From contig NC_134027.1 in NCBI RefSeq assembly GCF_964204645.1, forward strand, positions 25,940,560 to 26,004,559: a stretch of DNA of 64,000 bases. The letters are read 5' to 3'. A program made the position numbers and the translations under genes. The stretch comes from Tubulanus polymorphus. Lineage: Eukaryota > Animalia > Nemertea. Under the pieces are notes generated by a model. That model did no database searches. It was not told where the DNA came from and saw only the letters and a program-made list of their open reading frames with translations. Shown here one piece after another: positions 25,048 through 37,760 of the stretch; positions within the stretch are counted from its first letter, which is position 1, and every line of letters begins with the position of its first letter.

Positions 25048-25948
25048 GAACGGATCTGATATGAGCTCAGTCTAACTGTACGCACAAGGCCCCACAATCC
25101 AGGTCTTGGTCTTTTATCTAGTTTGACTACTAGATAGTCCAATGAACCACAGAAGATGTAAATGGCTGCATAACGCGATCTAGACTTGAGGTGATGGCCA
25201 TATCTGATTATCTTTTGCAAGGTTAGAACTCAAAGATCGACATGTCCTGTACGTCGAATCAATAAAGCGTTTGTACTGAATATTGTTTGATATGTTAAGT
25301 GCCGATTCTCATTTTTCCGCCGTGACAATCTATACTCGATGTTTTCCATAAAGATGTCCAATAAATTCGCATCACTTCAAAAATGTTCTATTATTTCTGC
25401 TTTATTTCGATTTCCACAAATCAAGTTTATACTCTTCCACGTTTTAGTCCCAGTTCCACAGCCGCATCTAGGGATAAGCCGAGTTTACAATAGTTTTTTT
25501 GACCTGGGCCAAATTTGGCCCGACCAAAGATGATAGACGAAACATCTAACAAATTTTATTAGCACAGATCAAATTATTCCAACAGGTTATGGAAATGACT
25601 CACCTCACTTGCCACAGCATCATTTTGATAACATTTTAGTAACGAGTGAGTGATTTACGCGTGAACGCGCTTATTAATTAAGCGCGGGCCAAATTTGACT
25701 CAGATCGGATCCGGGCCAGTAGTGTAATTGCCTGCCATATTTTGCCCATATTCTAAGCGATTCTCTTACTACAATTGACCATCCTCAAGTTCTCCACACA
25801 GTCTCCACGTTGTTGTAGAGGGGGAAACTTAATCTAAGTAATGTCGTTGATTACCTATTGCTACGGTGATAATCTTTACGAATAATAATGTCGCAAACCG
25901 AGTGATTATCGCTCCCTGATCTCTCATTGTTTGATGCTTGATCGCTTT

Positions 25949-26313
25949 CATAGATAAACACGACCTACTCATACCTCATTAACATCATTAACATGTCTTA
26001 TATATAACACCCCACTAGAACGACCCGGTTCAAAGATAAACACGACCTACTCATACCTCATTAACACGTCTTATATATAACACCCCACTAGAACCCACCC
26101 GGTTCATAGATAAACATGACCTACTCATACCTCATTAACATGTCTTATATATAACACCCAACTAAAACAACCCGGTTCATACCTACTCATACCTCATAAA
26201 CATGTCTTATATATAACACCCCACTAGAATGACCCGGTTCAAAGATAAACACGACCTACTGATACCTCATTAACATCATAAACATGTCTTATATATAACA
26301 CCCCACTAGAACG
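25949..26313. repeat. Minisatellite of about 60-82 bp, five units
   Basis: gataaacacgacctactcatacctcattaaca..tgtcttatatataacaccccactagaacgacccggttca repeated with internal indels. Confidence 0.95.
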
Positions 26314-27468
26314 ATGAGGTCCCCATCAAACGCATTACCCCCTACACATCACATATTTCATCTCGCAGTCCAGGTCCTAAGCCGCCTGCTTGCTGGTGTT
26401 AGGGCTTGACAGAAGGTACTGATTGGTGCGGGACACAGCGAGGATTAGCTATTCTCCACAGAGACTCACTCTTCATCAGTTAAGTCCCAATCGCAGATAA
26501 TTATACCTGTCTTATTGCAGTAACTATTAATACCACATTCCTGCACTGTAATGGGACCATGTCCCAGCACGACCCCATTTATATCCTTCAATTGTCAACC
26601 AACTTGCCTTCTGACTTTTGTCCCTGTCTCTGCAGTATGCTGGGACCCTATTCTTTCATATCTTACAACAACCCACAATACTGATAGATAGATATACACA
26701 GATAAATCTATTAATTATTCTAAGACAATGCGATATCGACTCAGTTACTCTAAGCAGCAGCAGCGGTGACTGTGGTGGGCCTGCAGTAACTATTAACACT
26801 GCTTACATAATAAGTCACAATCAATGAAGATTAACAACCACCGATCAATGTCTCAATGTCTTAATTGTAATCAAGAAGTTCATCGGTGATTCTCTGATTC
26901 TCTCGTGTTTGATGTCAGATTGACGAGGGTTTCCAGCTAATTATCGCGTTTACCCTCCGAGGCGACTACGATCTTAATGAGTAACGTCGTCAGTCGACTC
27001 CGCAGATGACTCCCGAGTAATCACATCAACGCTACAGTTCTCTAATTGTGTAACAGTTGCGTTAATTGTTGTCAGTATCACCGCGACGACGACGACAATG
27101 ATATCGACGACGACGTCTGCGACAAACATCGTCTCTCGCGAAAATCAGTTCTTTGATGTTTTTAAACTTCGTTTCGGTTAATTATCGGCCTAATTGAAAT
27201 CGACTTTTCCAATTCGAAAACGACGAATCGCGTCGACGAATCGACGATTCTGTCGGTTAACGGCAGTTCGCGTAACTATTAACGCTATTTACGACTGTGA
27301 ATTCGTCATTAAAGTGATTTTTTTCATCGCTCATCACTTTGATCTGTTTTACTGCGTATTGTCGCATCTCAAGAGAATCTACGAATAACATGGTTTAAAT
27401 ACAGTTGAATTCGCATTCAGTCGTCATTATTTTTTAGTTCCAATTTGTGCATTTCAATTCCATGAATT

Positions 27469-27771
27469 CAGGGTGGCCACTTTTATTTGACATGCGTTTT
27501 CCCCCCGACTATTCCCTGCTGACAGGCGCGTTGTTTTCCCTGACTTGATCTGCTAAGAATCCAATCAACTTATTCAGTCAAATACGTAAAACATAGACAG
27601 AAACTGATTGATTTTATGCGCGATCTAGCAATCTCAGCAAATTTCCCTGATTTTTAGTTTTTTTTCCACCGAATTCCCTGATTTTTTCAAGAAAACGTAA
27701 TTTCCTGACTTTGTAAAAGAAAAGCAAATTCCCTCGACTTATCCCTGATTTCCAGGTACGTGACCAAACTG
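27469..27771 (+). mobile_element. Family C MITE (CAGGG-terminal, hAT-like)
   Basis: Starts cagggtggccac, contains repeated ttccctga motifs, ends tgaccaaactg; collinear with 42307-42658. TSD not recognisable, so superfamily is tentative. Confidence 0.8.
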
Positions 27772-27791
27772 TCATTGTTAGTGCTCATTTG

Positions 27792-28095
27792 GATAAGTCG
27801 TCACATTACCGAAGTCATTTCTATTTTATGTCTCAATTTGTGTATTTCCATTTCAATTTACTAATTGTAAGTCGTCACATTACTGAAGTCATCTCTGTTT
27901 TCAAGTCCCAATTTGTGTATTTACTTTATTTGCGTATAGAGTCCCAATTTACGAAGTGTAAGTTGTCATGCAGATAAGTTGTCACATTACTGAAATCATC
28001 CGAATCTTTCACCTCCAATTTCTAATTCTTATTCAATATACTAAGTGTAATTCATCATTTCGATAAGTCATGACATTCTACCATTTCATCTTCCG
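27792..28095. repeat. Old diverged tandem repeat, four units
   Basis: taagtcgtcacattac(c/t)gaagtcat-like motif at about 27794, 27868, 27975 and 28064. Confidence 0.75.
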
Positions 28096-28647
28096 TGTGG
28101 ATATGAAGGTAGCTTATGAGAAGTGTACGAATTAAAATTGCAACCAATCGACATTAAAATCAGACACAAGTAAATATTTCGAGTTGGCGTCAGATTGACA
28201 GATGCCGTCTCGAATCACAATCGGTTCAGTTCATAATTCAACTTCACAATTACATTTATAACCGGGATTTAAAGCGCGATCTCGGCCTCAGGCGTTAACC
28301 ATCAACGGTTTATGTTTTAAATCGATGTCTATTTCAAGTCGGTAGTCGACATCAGGTACAGATCTAGACGCAAGGAGCAATTCTCGCGTGGCCTTTTGAA
28401 AATACTGTGGTGAAATACATGCCAGTATGAGATCACCGACACCGCATAAGAGAGGTAGAGAGAAACAAAGTACTGCTTGGAATAGGGACACGATCTGAGT
28501 TTTATTCATAACACATGACTTGGTATATACAACTTTATCTATAGAAATCCAACGATATGTGACAGAGATTGAGATTTGTGACTGAAAACTCAATGTGCGT
28601 TGACGGGGCTTAAACACTGTCGCGCGAGTCAAGTCGGTTGCCGACAT

Positions 28648-28970
28648 CAGGAACGGATCTAGACACAAGCGCAAGGAGCAATTCTCCCTTTTGAAAATAC
28701 GATACCAATTTTTTCCCGGCCTTTTTTCCGGCAACTAATAAGACAGCAGTCGGCAGCTCAAGATTTATCATATATTCTCTATAATGCGCCTCAAGTGCTA
28801 AGAAATTAAATAGAAATGCGCTGGAACTTCTAAATTTTTCAGACCCTTTCTTTCTTAGCTCGGCGCTCGCTCTGCGTGGATACTTGCCCTTTTAAACTGT
28901 ATGCCCTTTTCTTTATGCTCCGTCGAAGTCTGCCCCTGGAGCCGCCCTATCTGCCCCTGGAGCCGCCCTA
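28648..28970 (+). mobile_element. Family H (hAT-like) MITE remnant
   Basis: Left caggaacggatctag, right ctggagccgcccta (terminal 21 bp tandemly duplicated), tgccct motifs inside. Confidence 0.5.
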
Positions 28971-30203
28971 GGGCATTCTTAATACCGCACTGCACCATTC
29001 CGACGCAACATTTCATCAAGACGTAACCGAAGATCCGCTAATTCTGAATAACAGCCCCTGCGTATCCGTATTAAAGCCCGCCGAATTAGGCCATTGTGTA
29101 TTTACATCGGCGAAATTTAAGTTATTAATTCGCGGAATTGGATTGACATCGGAGAGGGTGAAATTATCGCGGGCGCGTCGCGGCTACGCGATCTAAATAC
29201 GATATAATTCAATCGCGGCAATATTTCAGCCCGACAATTATACAGATTTAATAATATTCGCGAGGAACAACAACTGTGGGGGGAGAGAGATATAGAGTAA
29301 GAAGACTCGTTCGCTAAATTATTACGTAATCAACTCGACTCTCGTCCCAGACGGCTTCGGCCTATCTTACGTCGTTATAATTAATTTACGACACGAGAAT
29401 GCGAGACTAATCAATTGAGATTTAGAATTAAGATGGACGCCCACCTTACAGATATATATATACATATATATATACGCAGCGTTATGGATAATTTGTGTTG
29501 AATTGAGATGAATGTCGCGCCTTAATGTTCATCTCTACGAATAATTCCGATCAAATTAACGTCTCGTAAAGTATCCGTCGGTATCTCGGTTACGGTGGCC
29601 CGAGAGGTGCGTATAACTAGTTTAATTTCTATAGCGCACCTACGGATGTAATTAGACCCGTGTAATGTAACACTTCTCGTGCGACCCTTGTCCGGTAATT
29701 GCGCGTATATAAGAGATTCTAATGAAATCTCGGACGGAAAGCGAGTTCGTCCGTCGTGTCGTCGCTCGGTGAAATAATTCATTCTATCCGTCCTACTCAC
29801 TATCGGGTGAATTATCATAACAACTAGATCATATTCTATTCTATATCGGACCAGATTTAATTGCACACGAGTCCAGCTATTTTTGTCTCCGATTTGACAA
29901 GGAAGGAATCACTTTCCCCACATATAGCAGCTTGTAGGAAATTAGTGGGAAATGGGTGTGCCATCTGGCCCCAAAGATTTTGGTGGGAATTGGGTTTGGG
30001 TTTGGTGCATGGTCATGTTTACAATAACTGGCTTTTTTTCCAGAACTACTAAAGTCGCAGAGTGTCATCGATCTGGTCGAGTAAAGTTTAAAACATTCAG
30101 CGGTCCTGACATTCAATAGTTTAATAGCTGATAATCTTCTGCTTATGACAAGGAACAGAAGAAGCCCAGGATGATGACAATAGAGCTTATGACTGATGAC
30201 CAT

Positions 30204-30330
30204 GGCAAAGTTGCGCTCAAGACTCAAGTACGAAATAGGTCTCAGATATTAAGACTAGTCTTAGTCATTAGATTGGCTATACGACTAAGTTGGTCTTGGA
30301 CTGGCCTAAACCATGACGGCAACTGTGGAC
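30204..30330 (+). mobile_element. Degraded family A MITE
   Basis: ttaagactagtcttagtcattagattggctatacgactaagttggtcttggactgg matches the family A interior. Confidence 0.75.
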
Positions 30331-31317
30331 TCGACATTTCATGAAATATTTTCAATTCAATTTGACCAATAGAAGCAAAACTCAGAATGTTAGAAGAACT
30401 AAATTTGGTTGTAATATTTCCGGCAAAATAATTCAGCTAAATCATTGTAATAATTGTGAGTTTGAAGCTTTAAGACTGCTATTAAGAAGTTTGTTTAAAA
30501 TGTTGACTATTTCAAATGTTAAAAACGTACAGAGCTTTTGATCTGCGAGTCCGTGATTCCAACTGATCAACATTTAAAATCTAACACGACTTGTGCACTA
30601 CTGATATTGATCTCAGTATTTCAATTAATGAGCAAAACCCACAGCTGATGATTTGACAATTCATATTCTGACGGTTTAGAAGTTTTTAAACTTCAGTGAA
30701 GAAAAGAATGAAAATCTAACTTTACTGCGGATTATATGAACTGATTTCACCGGTAATTTAAGCGATTAACAGTTAGAACTAGTTCAGCGTGTCGACCGTG
30801 TAGATCAGATCCATCTCTCTTATCTCGCTAATCAATAACGAATCAATCAATAATCCAATACTAATCAATCGGCCGGTATACATATCATCAATACGACATT
30901 AACTCGATCACCGACCGATACGAACAGCTTAACTCACCATTTACTCCCGCTAATTACTGGTTAATTAAGCTTTTAATTACGGCTCACGATGTCATCAACG
31001 CCATCGTCGCGCGCGACAACACGCGATAATTTCCTTACTGTTAATTGCTCGTAACCGACGGCAACCGATTGACGTATGTATTTGTGCGGTATATATGAAT
31101 CGGTAAAAGGTTAATTGACGAGTTGATGTAAAAACTTTGAATCGCGCGTCGTGGAAGCATCAATGGCTAATTACTGGTAGATCGCGCGCGGCGCGCATCT
31201 TTACGGGAATTCAGCAATTATCGACGTCAATGAGCTAATTAACGCTGTCTTATATCGATGAACTACGGAAACAACTCGTTATAGTTTGTGATTAGTGATA
31301 AATAACATGATACCAGG

Positions 31318-32340
31318 AACTGATACAGGGGGGACACAGGGAGCTGATACAGGGTAGGGGGACACAGGGAGCTGATACAGGGTAGGGGGACACAGAGAAC
31401 TGATACAGGGGGGACACAGGGAGCTGATACAGGGTAGGGGGGACACAGAGAACTGATACAGGGGGGACACAGGGAGCTGATACAGGGGGTTCACAGGGAG
31501 CTGATACAGGGTAGGGGGACAGGGAGCTGATACAGGGGGTTCACAGGGAGCTGATACAGGGGGTTCACAGGGAGCTGATACAGGGGGTTCACAGGGAGCT
31601 GATACAGGGTAGGGGGGACAGGGAGCTGATACAGGGTAGGGGAACACAGAGAACTGATACAGGGGGGACACAGGGAGCTGATACAGGGTAGGGGGACACA
31701 GGGAGCTGATACAGGGTAGGGGGACAGGGAGCTGATACAGGGGGGACACAGGGAGCTGATACAGGGGGTTCACAGGGAGCTGATACTGGGTAGGGGGGAC
31801 AGGGAGCTGATACAGGGTAGGGGAACACAGAGAACTGATACAGGGGGGACACAGGGAGCTGATACAGGGTAGGGGGACAGGGAGCTGATACAGGGTAGGG
31901 GGACAGGGAGCTGATACAGGGGGGACACAGGGAGCTGATACAGGGGGACACAGAGATCTGATACAGGGTAGGGGGACAGGGAGCTGATACAGGGTAGGGG
32001 GACAGGGAGCTGATACAGGGTAGGGGGACAGGGAGCTGATACAGGAGGAACACAGGGAGCTGATACAGGGTAGGAGAACACAGAGAACTGATACAGGGGG
32101 GACACAGGGAACTGATACAGGGTAGGGGGACAGGGAGCTGATACAGGGGGGACAGGGAGCTGATACAGGGGGACACAGAGATCTGATACAGGGTAGGGGG
32201 ACAGGGAGCTGATACAGGGTAGGGGGACAGGGAGCTGATACAGGGCAGGGGGACAGGGAGCTGATACAGGGGGGACACAGGGAGCTGATACAGGGTAGGA
32301 GAACACAGAGAACTGATACAGGGGGAGGGATATGGAAATG
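31318..32340. repeat. G-rich modular minisatellite (about 22-30-bp units)
   Basis: Nearly invariant ctgatacagg core with variable modules (taggggg, ggttcac, gggacac, agggag, agagaa); roughly 40 units. Confidence 0.97.
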
Positions 32341-32655
32341 ATACGGGGTGGGGGAGAACACATGGAACTGATAGGGGGGACCTAGGGAACCACACACGGT
32401 TAGAAGGAACACAGGGAGCTGATATGGGGTGGGGGAGGGGGCATGGGGAAACACAGAGAACTGATTCAGGAGGAGGGATATAAAACTGATACAGGGTGGG
32501 GGAGAACCTAGGGAACCACACACGGTTAGAAGGAACACAGGGAGCTGATATGGGGTGGGGGAGGGGGCATGGGGAAACACAGAGAACTGATTCAGGAGGA
32601 GGGATATAAAACTGATACAGGGTGGGGGAGAACCTAGGGAACCACACACGGTTAG
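32341..32655. repeat. 126-bp tandem repeat, about 2.5 units
   Basis: cacggttag recurs at 32395, 32521 and 32647; each unit holds three ctgat cores. Confidence 0.95.
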
Positions 32656-32715
32656 TTCGCTTCGCATAAATATGTGCCATGAAAACACATTAAGAAAGTG
32701 TATTATCCTTGAAAA

Positions 32716-32918
32716 GCCGTGTTCACAGTATCATTAGTTCTAATGAAAACGTTCATTAGTCCGGAACGTTCTATATTTAGTCCCGATTTTGACCAGACAC
32801 CAGTGGAAAATCTGTTCAATGTTAGAACAGACCATTTCTCAACAACTGATCCATTCTAACTTGGAGTAATCATTTGACAAATTCGAACGGACTAACTAGT
32901 AAATAGTCTGAACGTGGC
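32716..32918. mobile_element. Family G MITE, degraded
   Basis: Ends gccgtgttcac / tgaacgtggc; interior ttagtcc, agaacagaccatttct and ggactaa motifs shared with other G copies. Confidence 0.6.
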
Positions 32919-32977
32919 GTTATTTCAAGACCATATTCAGATCGAATAATGTATAACATCTAATGGATACATACACG

Positions 32978-32984
<7 letters not shown>

Positions 32985-33056
<72 letters not shown>
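32985..33056. repeat. (TA)n microsatellite
   Basis: About 36 uninterrupted ta units. Confidence 0.98.
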
Positions 33057-33060
<4 letters not shown>

Positions 33061-33389
33061 TGGGCTATGTTTGAATTGTTTTAAGCTGAAACATTGGTTA
33101 TATTAAAAACAGGTGGTTGAAAACATAAGAGGGTATAGTTATTATAGTTATTTAATGAGAACAGGTGTATATTGATTTTCATATCGAATACCGTATGTAC
33201 TATATATACAATTGTTATTAGTTATTCATAAAATAGTATGAGAAATACTTAGAATTCCGTACAACTGTCACGACAAGTTGATATATCGATAATACCGGTC
33301 CGATTGGATCAGATTGTAAGCGCTTTGTTATTCAAAACGGTCTAAAATTAGTCCATTCCGATTTAGCATGGACCAAGCGTTCTCGCTAG

Positions 33390-33601
33390 GGAAAATGCAT
33401 TCACGATTAGTCTGTTTCGGAACGGACTAATTTAAACTGACCAAAAGCACTGATTTAATCTTAGAACGGACCATTTCTGTGTCTAGCTAGACCAGTGATA
33501 ACAGCCCATTTAGAAATGGACTAACAAAACTAGGAATGGGCTAACTAGTATTAGTTTAATCAGAATGGACTAATAAACGATAGCGCGAATGCATATTTTC
33601 C
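33390..33601. mobile_element. Family G MITE, degraded
   Basis: Inverted ends gaaaatgcattcacg / cgcgaatgcatattttc; interior gtctagctagaccagtgataacagc and repeated aatggactaa. Confidence 0.6.
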
Positions 33602-34297
33602 ATTCGATCGTATCATATCATATATCATATCATCGCTGATTTTGGCCTTTTTAAATCAGTTTTTTGTTGTTGCATCACTAGAGCGATCAGTAAGATAAAT
33701 GACCCATTAATTCGATATGTCACAATTTTTCGACGAAATCCGAACCAGATTTAAACGTAGTAGGGACGCAGGTTTTTCGGCTAAAGCCTCCTGACCAGTT
33801 AATTGATATATAGTACAAGCTAATGTAGCTACTAATTGAAACGGTGTTTATCTAAGTCGTTAACGACGCGTAAAAGCGGTTTTCGAAATGTCGTTTTGAA
33901 TTTCACCAATTGTTGAAGTTAAATAATGAATTACTAAGCGTAATAAAGACAAAGCGAGTCGGTGTAAAATTGATGCGTTTTCGAGTAAACATAAAATCAT
34001 TGATACTTTTATCGTAAAAAATCGTTTTTCCGAGTGATTTGTTGAGTATAAAGATTGATAGATAATTAGTATCGAAAATAGTGTCTTTCTTTTGAAAAAT
34101 AATCAATTTCAATATTTTTTGTTTTGTCAAAATTTTTCGTATGAAGATTAATAGAATAATTAAAGAGTTATTTGGAAGGCGATCGTTGGTCAGAAGTGGA
34201 TCTACGGGTGATATCCAAACAGGGGGAACCAACAGGAGAGAAGGAACTTTTCTACCAAAAATGAGCCCAAAAACTAAAAATCTTCTATCCTTTATAA

Positions 34298-34558
34298 GAC
34301 ATGTTTAAACTGAGAAATGGTCTGTTCTAAAATTCTAAAATGGAATTTCCATTCCATTTCAGAATTGTAGAATGGACCAATTCTCAGCGTGTGAATAGAA
34401 AACCTTGATTTGATTGCCTGTCAATCCAATGTTGCGCGTCTAGCTGAACCAGTGACAACAGCTGATTTAAAACCATCTATGAACGCACAGTGTTGATACG
34501 GTCCGTTCCAGGTATCGCCAAATAAGAATGGACTTAGTAGAGACAGTATGAACACGGC
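34298..34558 (-). mobile_element. Family G MITE
   Basis: Right end agtatgaacacggc followed by tta, left end gacatgtttaaac preceded by taa; interior is the reverse complement of 53790-53960. Confidence 0.7.
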
Positions 34559-34944
34559 TTATCTATTCTCCATACCTCTGAACTGACACAGTCTTATAGC
34601 AGCTTTCTGGCGTCTACATCTAAAGATGCCGATGAATGGCACATATTTTCTGATCGATCGAATCTGACCCTGACCCATTAACCCTGAAAATGTCACTATC
34701 CCTCGTCAACGATACCGACAAATGTCACCGTTATTTGTAGTAACCCTTATCAATAATGTCCACTGGACTTAAGCATATATTTTCATTTTTTGTATATGTA
34801 TTACTTTGGAATAAAAAAACTTATTTTTATCCAGAAAAAAAAAAAAATTTCACTACAATCGTCTTCACATTTTTGATCCGATATTTTGAACTGAACAAGT
34901 TTAAAATGTGTCCATTAGAGAATGCGTAGTAGTAAAGATTTGAG

Positions 34945-34966
34945 CAGCAGCAGCAGCAGCAGCAGC
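34945..34966. repeat. (CAG)n microsatellite
   Basis: About 7 cag units. Confidence 0.85.
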
Positions 34967-35462
34967 TTACAACATATCTCATTACTACTTAAAGACATCT
35001 GACCTCAGCTTCCAGCATGAAAAATGACTTCTAGTAAATCTTGTGTAAGAAGGGGATTATTCGAAATGTAACTGTGACACCGGGTCTTAGCCGACTTAAA
35101 CCTCGGCCAATTACTAAAACAATGCCATCGATTGGCGCTAATTCCGTTGCCCGCGACGACCGTTGAGTCACCCGCGGAATCGCAGCCACTCTTCAAACTA
35201 GGATGCATCGAGACGACAAGCGATCAATTAATGATTCAAAACTCGGAAAGAAGTTGCGGCCATAATTCACCGAGGCTGTATTTATCATACGAGGTTACGA
35301 ACCGCTGACACCGCTGAAGATTTGACGGTTCTCTATCTGTCTATCACAAAATCAAACATCGGGGAAAATATGAAATAATTTTGTCGGTGGAAAGAAAATC
35401 TGTGCAAAACAAGCATAAATCTGATGATAGAATACGATGAGAAGCAAGGTATCACTTTTTTA

Positions 35463-35600
35463 TCTTAAAATAGGGATTGTCCTTGTTATTTATTTGATTG
35501 GTAGATTTTCGTTTGATTTGGTGTCCCTTACAAAAACCACCACACCTGCCGGGAACGAAACAGGGGGTTTAATTTTGAATTTTGATTTAGAATTAAATAA
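35463..35600 (-). mobile_element. Family F dispersed repeat
   Basis: tcttaaaatagggattgtcc...tttggtgtcccttacaaaaaccaccacacctgccgggaacgaaacaggggg. Confidence 0.8.
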
Positions 35601-36305
35601 CAAATCTAAAGACAATTAAAGATATGTGTCTTACAATTTTTCATTTTAATTCCTCATAAATAAATTTCGTTTTTGAATCGTTTAAATTTGCATAGTGGAT
35701 TTCTAAATCATTAATCTGACAGTCCCTAATCAGAAGTTATCACTTAACAAAAAGGTTGAGGTATCCCGTCATCCCCCCACCAGTGCCTCCACACTCCCCT
35801 ACCCCCCCCTGATATTGATGTATGGAGAGAAGTGTTAATTTTGTGCGGCTATTAGGTTTTTATTCCAAACAAATACGGGACGAAATTACAGATAGATTCA
35901 GCGTTGGCTGTATACGATGATCAGCAGCAGCAGCCGGCGGCGGGCTCCGACGAGAGAGAGAGAGAGAGACAGTTTTAAATTCCTCGCTGCACGCTATTTT
36001 CATTACGAGCCATTTCAGAGATGAGATCGAGTTCGTTTTGTTCATTGAAATCTCGTTTACAGATGAATAATTTCTCAACATCTACGAACTGTGTCCAATA
36101 GTGCAGTTCGTCCGGAGAATACATAAATCGACTCTTTCTCTCAATCTTTCTATCCATAGAAAAAGCCGAACGTTCAGGAAATGCAGTCCTTTCAGTTTAC
36201 GACATGACCGCGCATGTTCAGATATTGAATTAGGGTTTAGGGTAAGGATTAGTGCTGGGTTATGCATTGTAGTAAAAAACTAAGAAGCTGGCACCTATTT
36301 TCTCG

Positions 36306-36740
36306 GAGCCACCCGCAAAGAAAACGGGATATCTCCAAAGCTGATATTTTGATATTACTGGAGCCATCCAAAGGAGAAGAGGATGTCTCCAAAGCTGTTA
36401 TTTTGATATCCTTGGAGCAATCTACTAAAGAAAGGGATATCCCCAAAGCTGTTCTTTGGACATTCCTGGAGCCACCCATGAGAGAAAGGGACATCTCCGA
36501 AGCTGTTATTTTGATATTCCTGGAGCCACCCACAAGAGAAAGGGATGCATCTGCTGTTGATATCTTGATATACCTGGAGCCACCCACAAGAGAAAGGGAT
36601 GCATCTGCTGTTGATATCTTGATATACCTGGAGCCACCCACAAGAGAAAGGGATGTATCTGCTGTTGATATCTTGATATTCCTGAAGCCATCCACAAGAG
36701 AAAGGGATGTCTCCGAAGCTGTTATTTGGATATTCCTGGA
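36306..36740. repeat. 54-bp minisatellite, 8 units
   Basis: gagcc-type anchor recurs at 36361, 36415, 36469, 36523, 36577, 36631 and 36685; three units near-identical, others diverged. Confidence 0.95.
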
Positions 36741-37320
36741 GTGGAATATAGCGTATAAACGGCGTTGTATTTTATCACCAACATGACATCATCGCCGCTC
36801 GTAGAGGAAGCAGCGACTTCGGGAAACTTAATGACGACGTTCGAACGTTTTAAAATTCATATTCATCTTAAGATGCAAATGGTTATTAGAGATAGATTAA
36901 GGGGATAATTAAAGCGAAAATGAACGAAGATTGGGGTTTACTCTCGCGGGAGGTTCGTCAACACGCAATTAACACTCAACGTGTTTCGAAATTCATCGCT
37001 CTATTCTTCATCAAATTTTTACATCGCGTCGGCGATAACCGACGACACTGGGAAATATTTCACATAACGCCGAGAACATCATAATTCATCGCATAAATCA
37101 AACACCTTTCAGACAAGTACTAATTTTCGATTGGGTACGTTTGCTAGGTTGACAAAAGTGAAATTTCGAATGGGAAAAGTGAAATCTTCGAAAACGAACG
37201 AATTCAAACTCGAATCAAACCTAAACCAGAGACAGTAGAACTCGTATCATTGTAATATATCCGACATGATTTTATAATCATAAGGAACAATAAAGTTTAT
37301 TGAATTGAATTGAATCTAAG

Positions 37321-37549
37321 CAGTGGTGGATGCAGTCTTACTAACACCTTCAAAACGTTCAATGCTTAGACAGGCAATAAGGGCATGAGTTAGTTGAAGA
37401 AATATCTAAAAAGGACACATTCAGTCAAATAAAGGCTTGAATAGATGCCGAAATGGCTTCTAACAATAAAAGAAATACCACTTTACTAAGTAATTAGCCC
37501 TGAAAACTTATTAAGAGACCCTTAGATTTCGCCCTTGGATTCGACCCTG
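37321..37549. mobile_element. Possible family H (hAT-like) MITE remnant
   Basis: Ends cagtggtggatgcag / ggattcgaccctg form an imperfect inverted pair; no TSD. Confidence 0.35.
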
Positions 37550-37644
37550 CTACGAGCCAAACTGAAATTTCCTATTATGTTATTCGATTTAAAAAATTTA
37601 ATTCTGTAAATTCAACTGCTGATCACACAACTATATAGTATATC

Positions 37645-37760
37645 AATATCCGATTTCAAAACCGAACCCCTGTTTCGCTCCCGACAGGTGTGGCGGGTTT
37701 GTAAGGTACACCAAATCTAGACAAAATCTACCACTCAAGTAAAAACCAGGGACAATCGAC
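37645..37760 (+). mobile_element. Family F dispersed repeat
   Basis: aacccctgtttcgctcccgacaggtgtggcgggtttgtaaggtacaccaaatc...cagggacaatc. Confidence 0.8.

Noticed and set aside
28288-28734. 148-aa ORF as a transposase or host exon
   Set aside because: No recognisable motif, it overlaps duplicated MITE ends, and it begins at a non-ATG codon.
31279-32688. 469-aa and overlapping Pro/Cys-rich ORFs
   Set aside because: All three minus frames are open because the repeat lacks stops; unit lengths are not multiples of three, so the same peptides rotate among frames.
36229-36252. Telomere-like ttagggtttagggtaagg
   Set aside because: Only two or three imperfect units.
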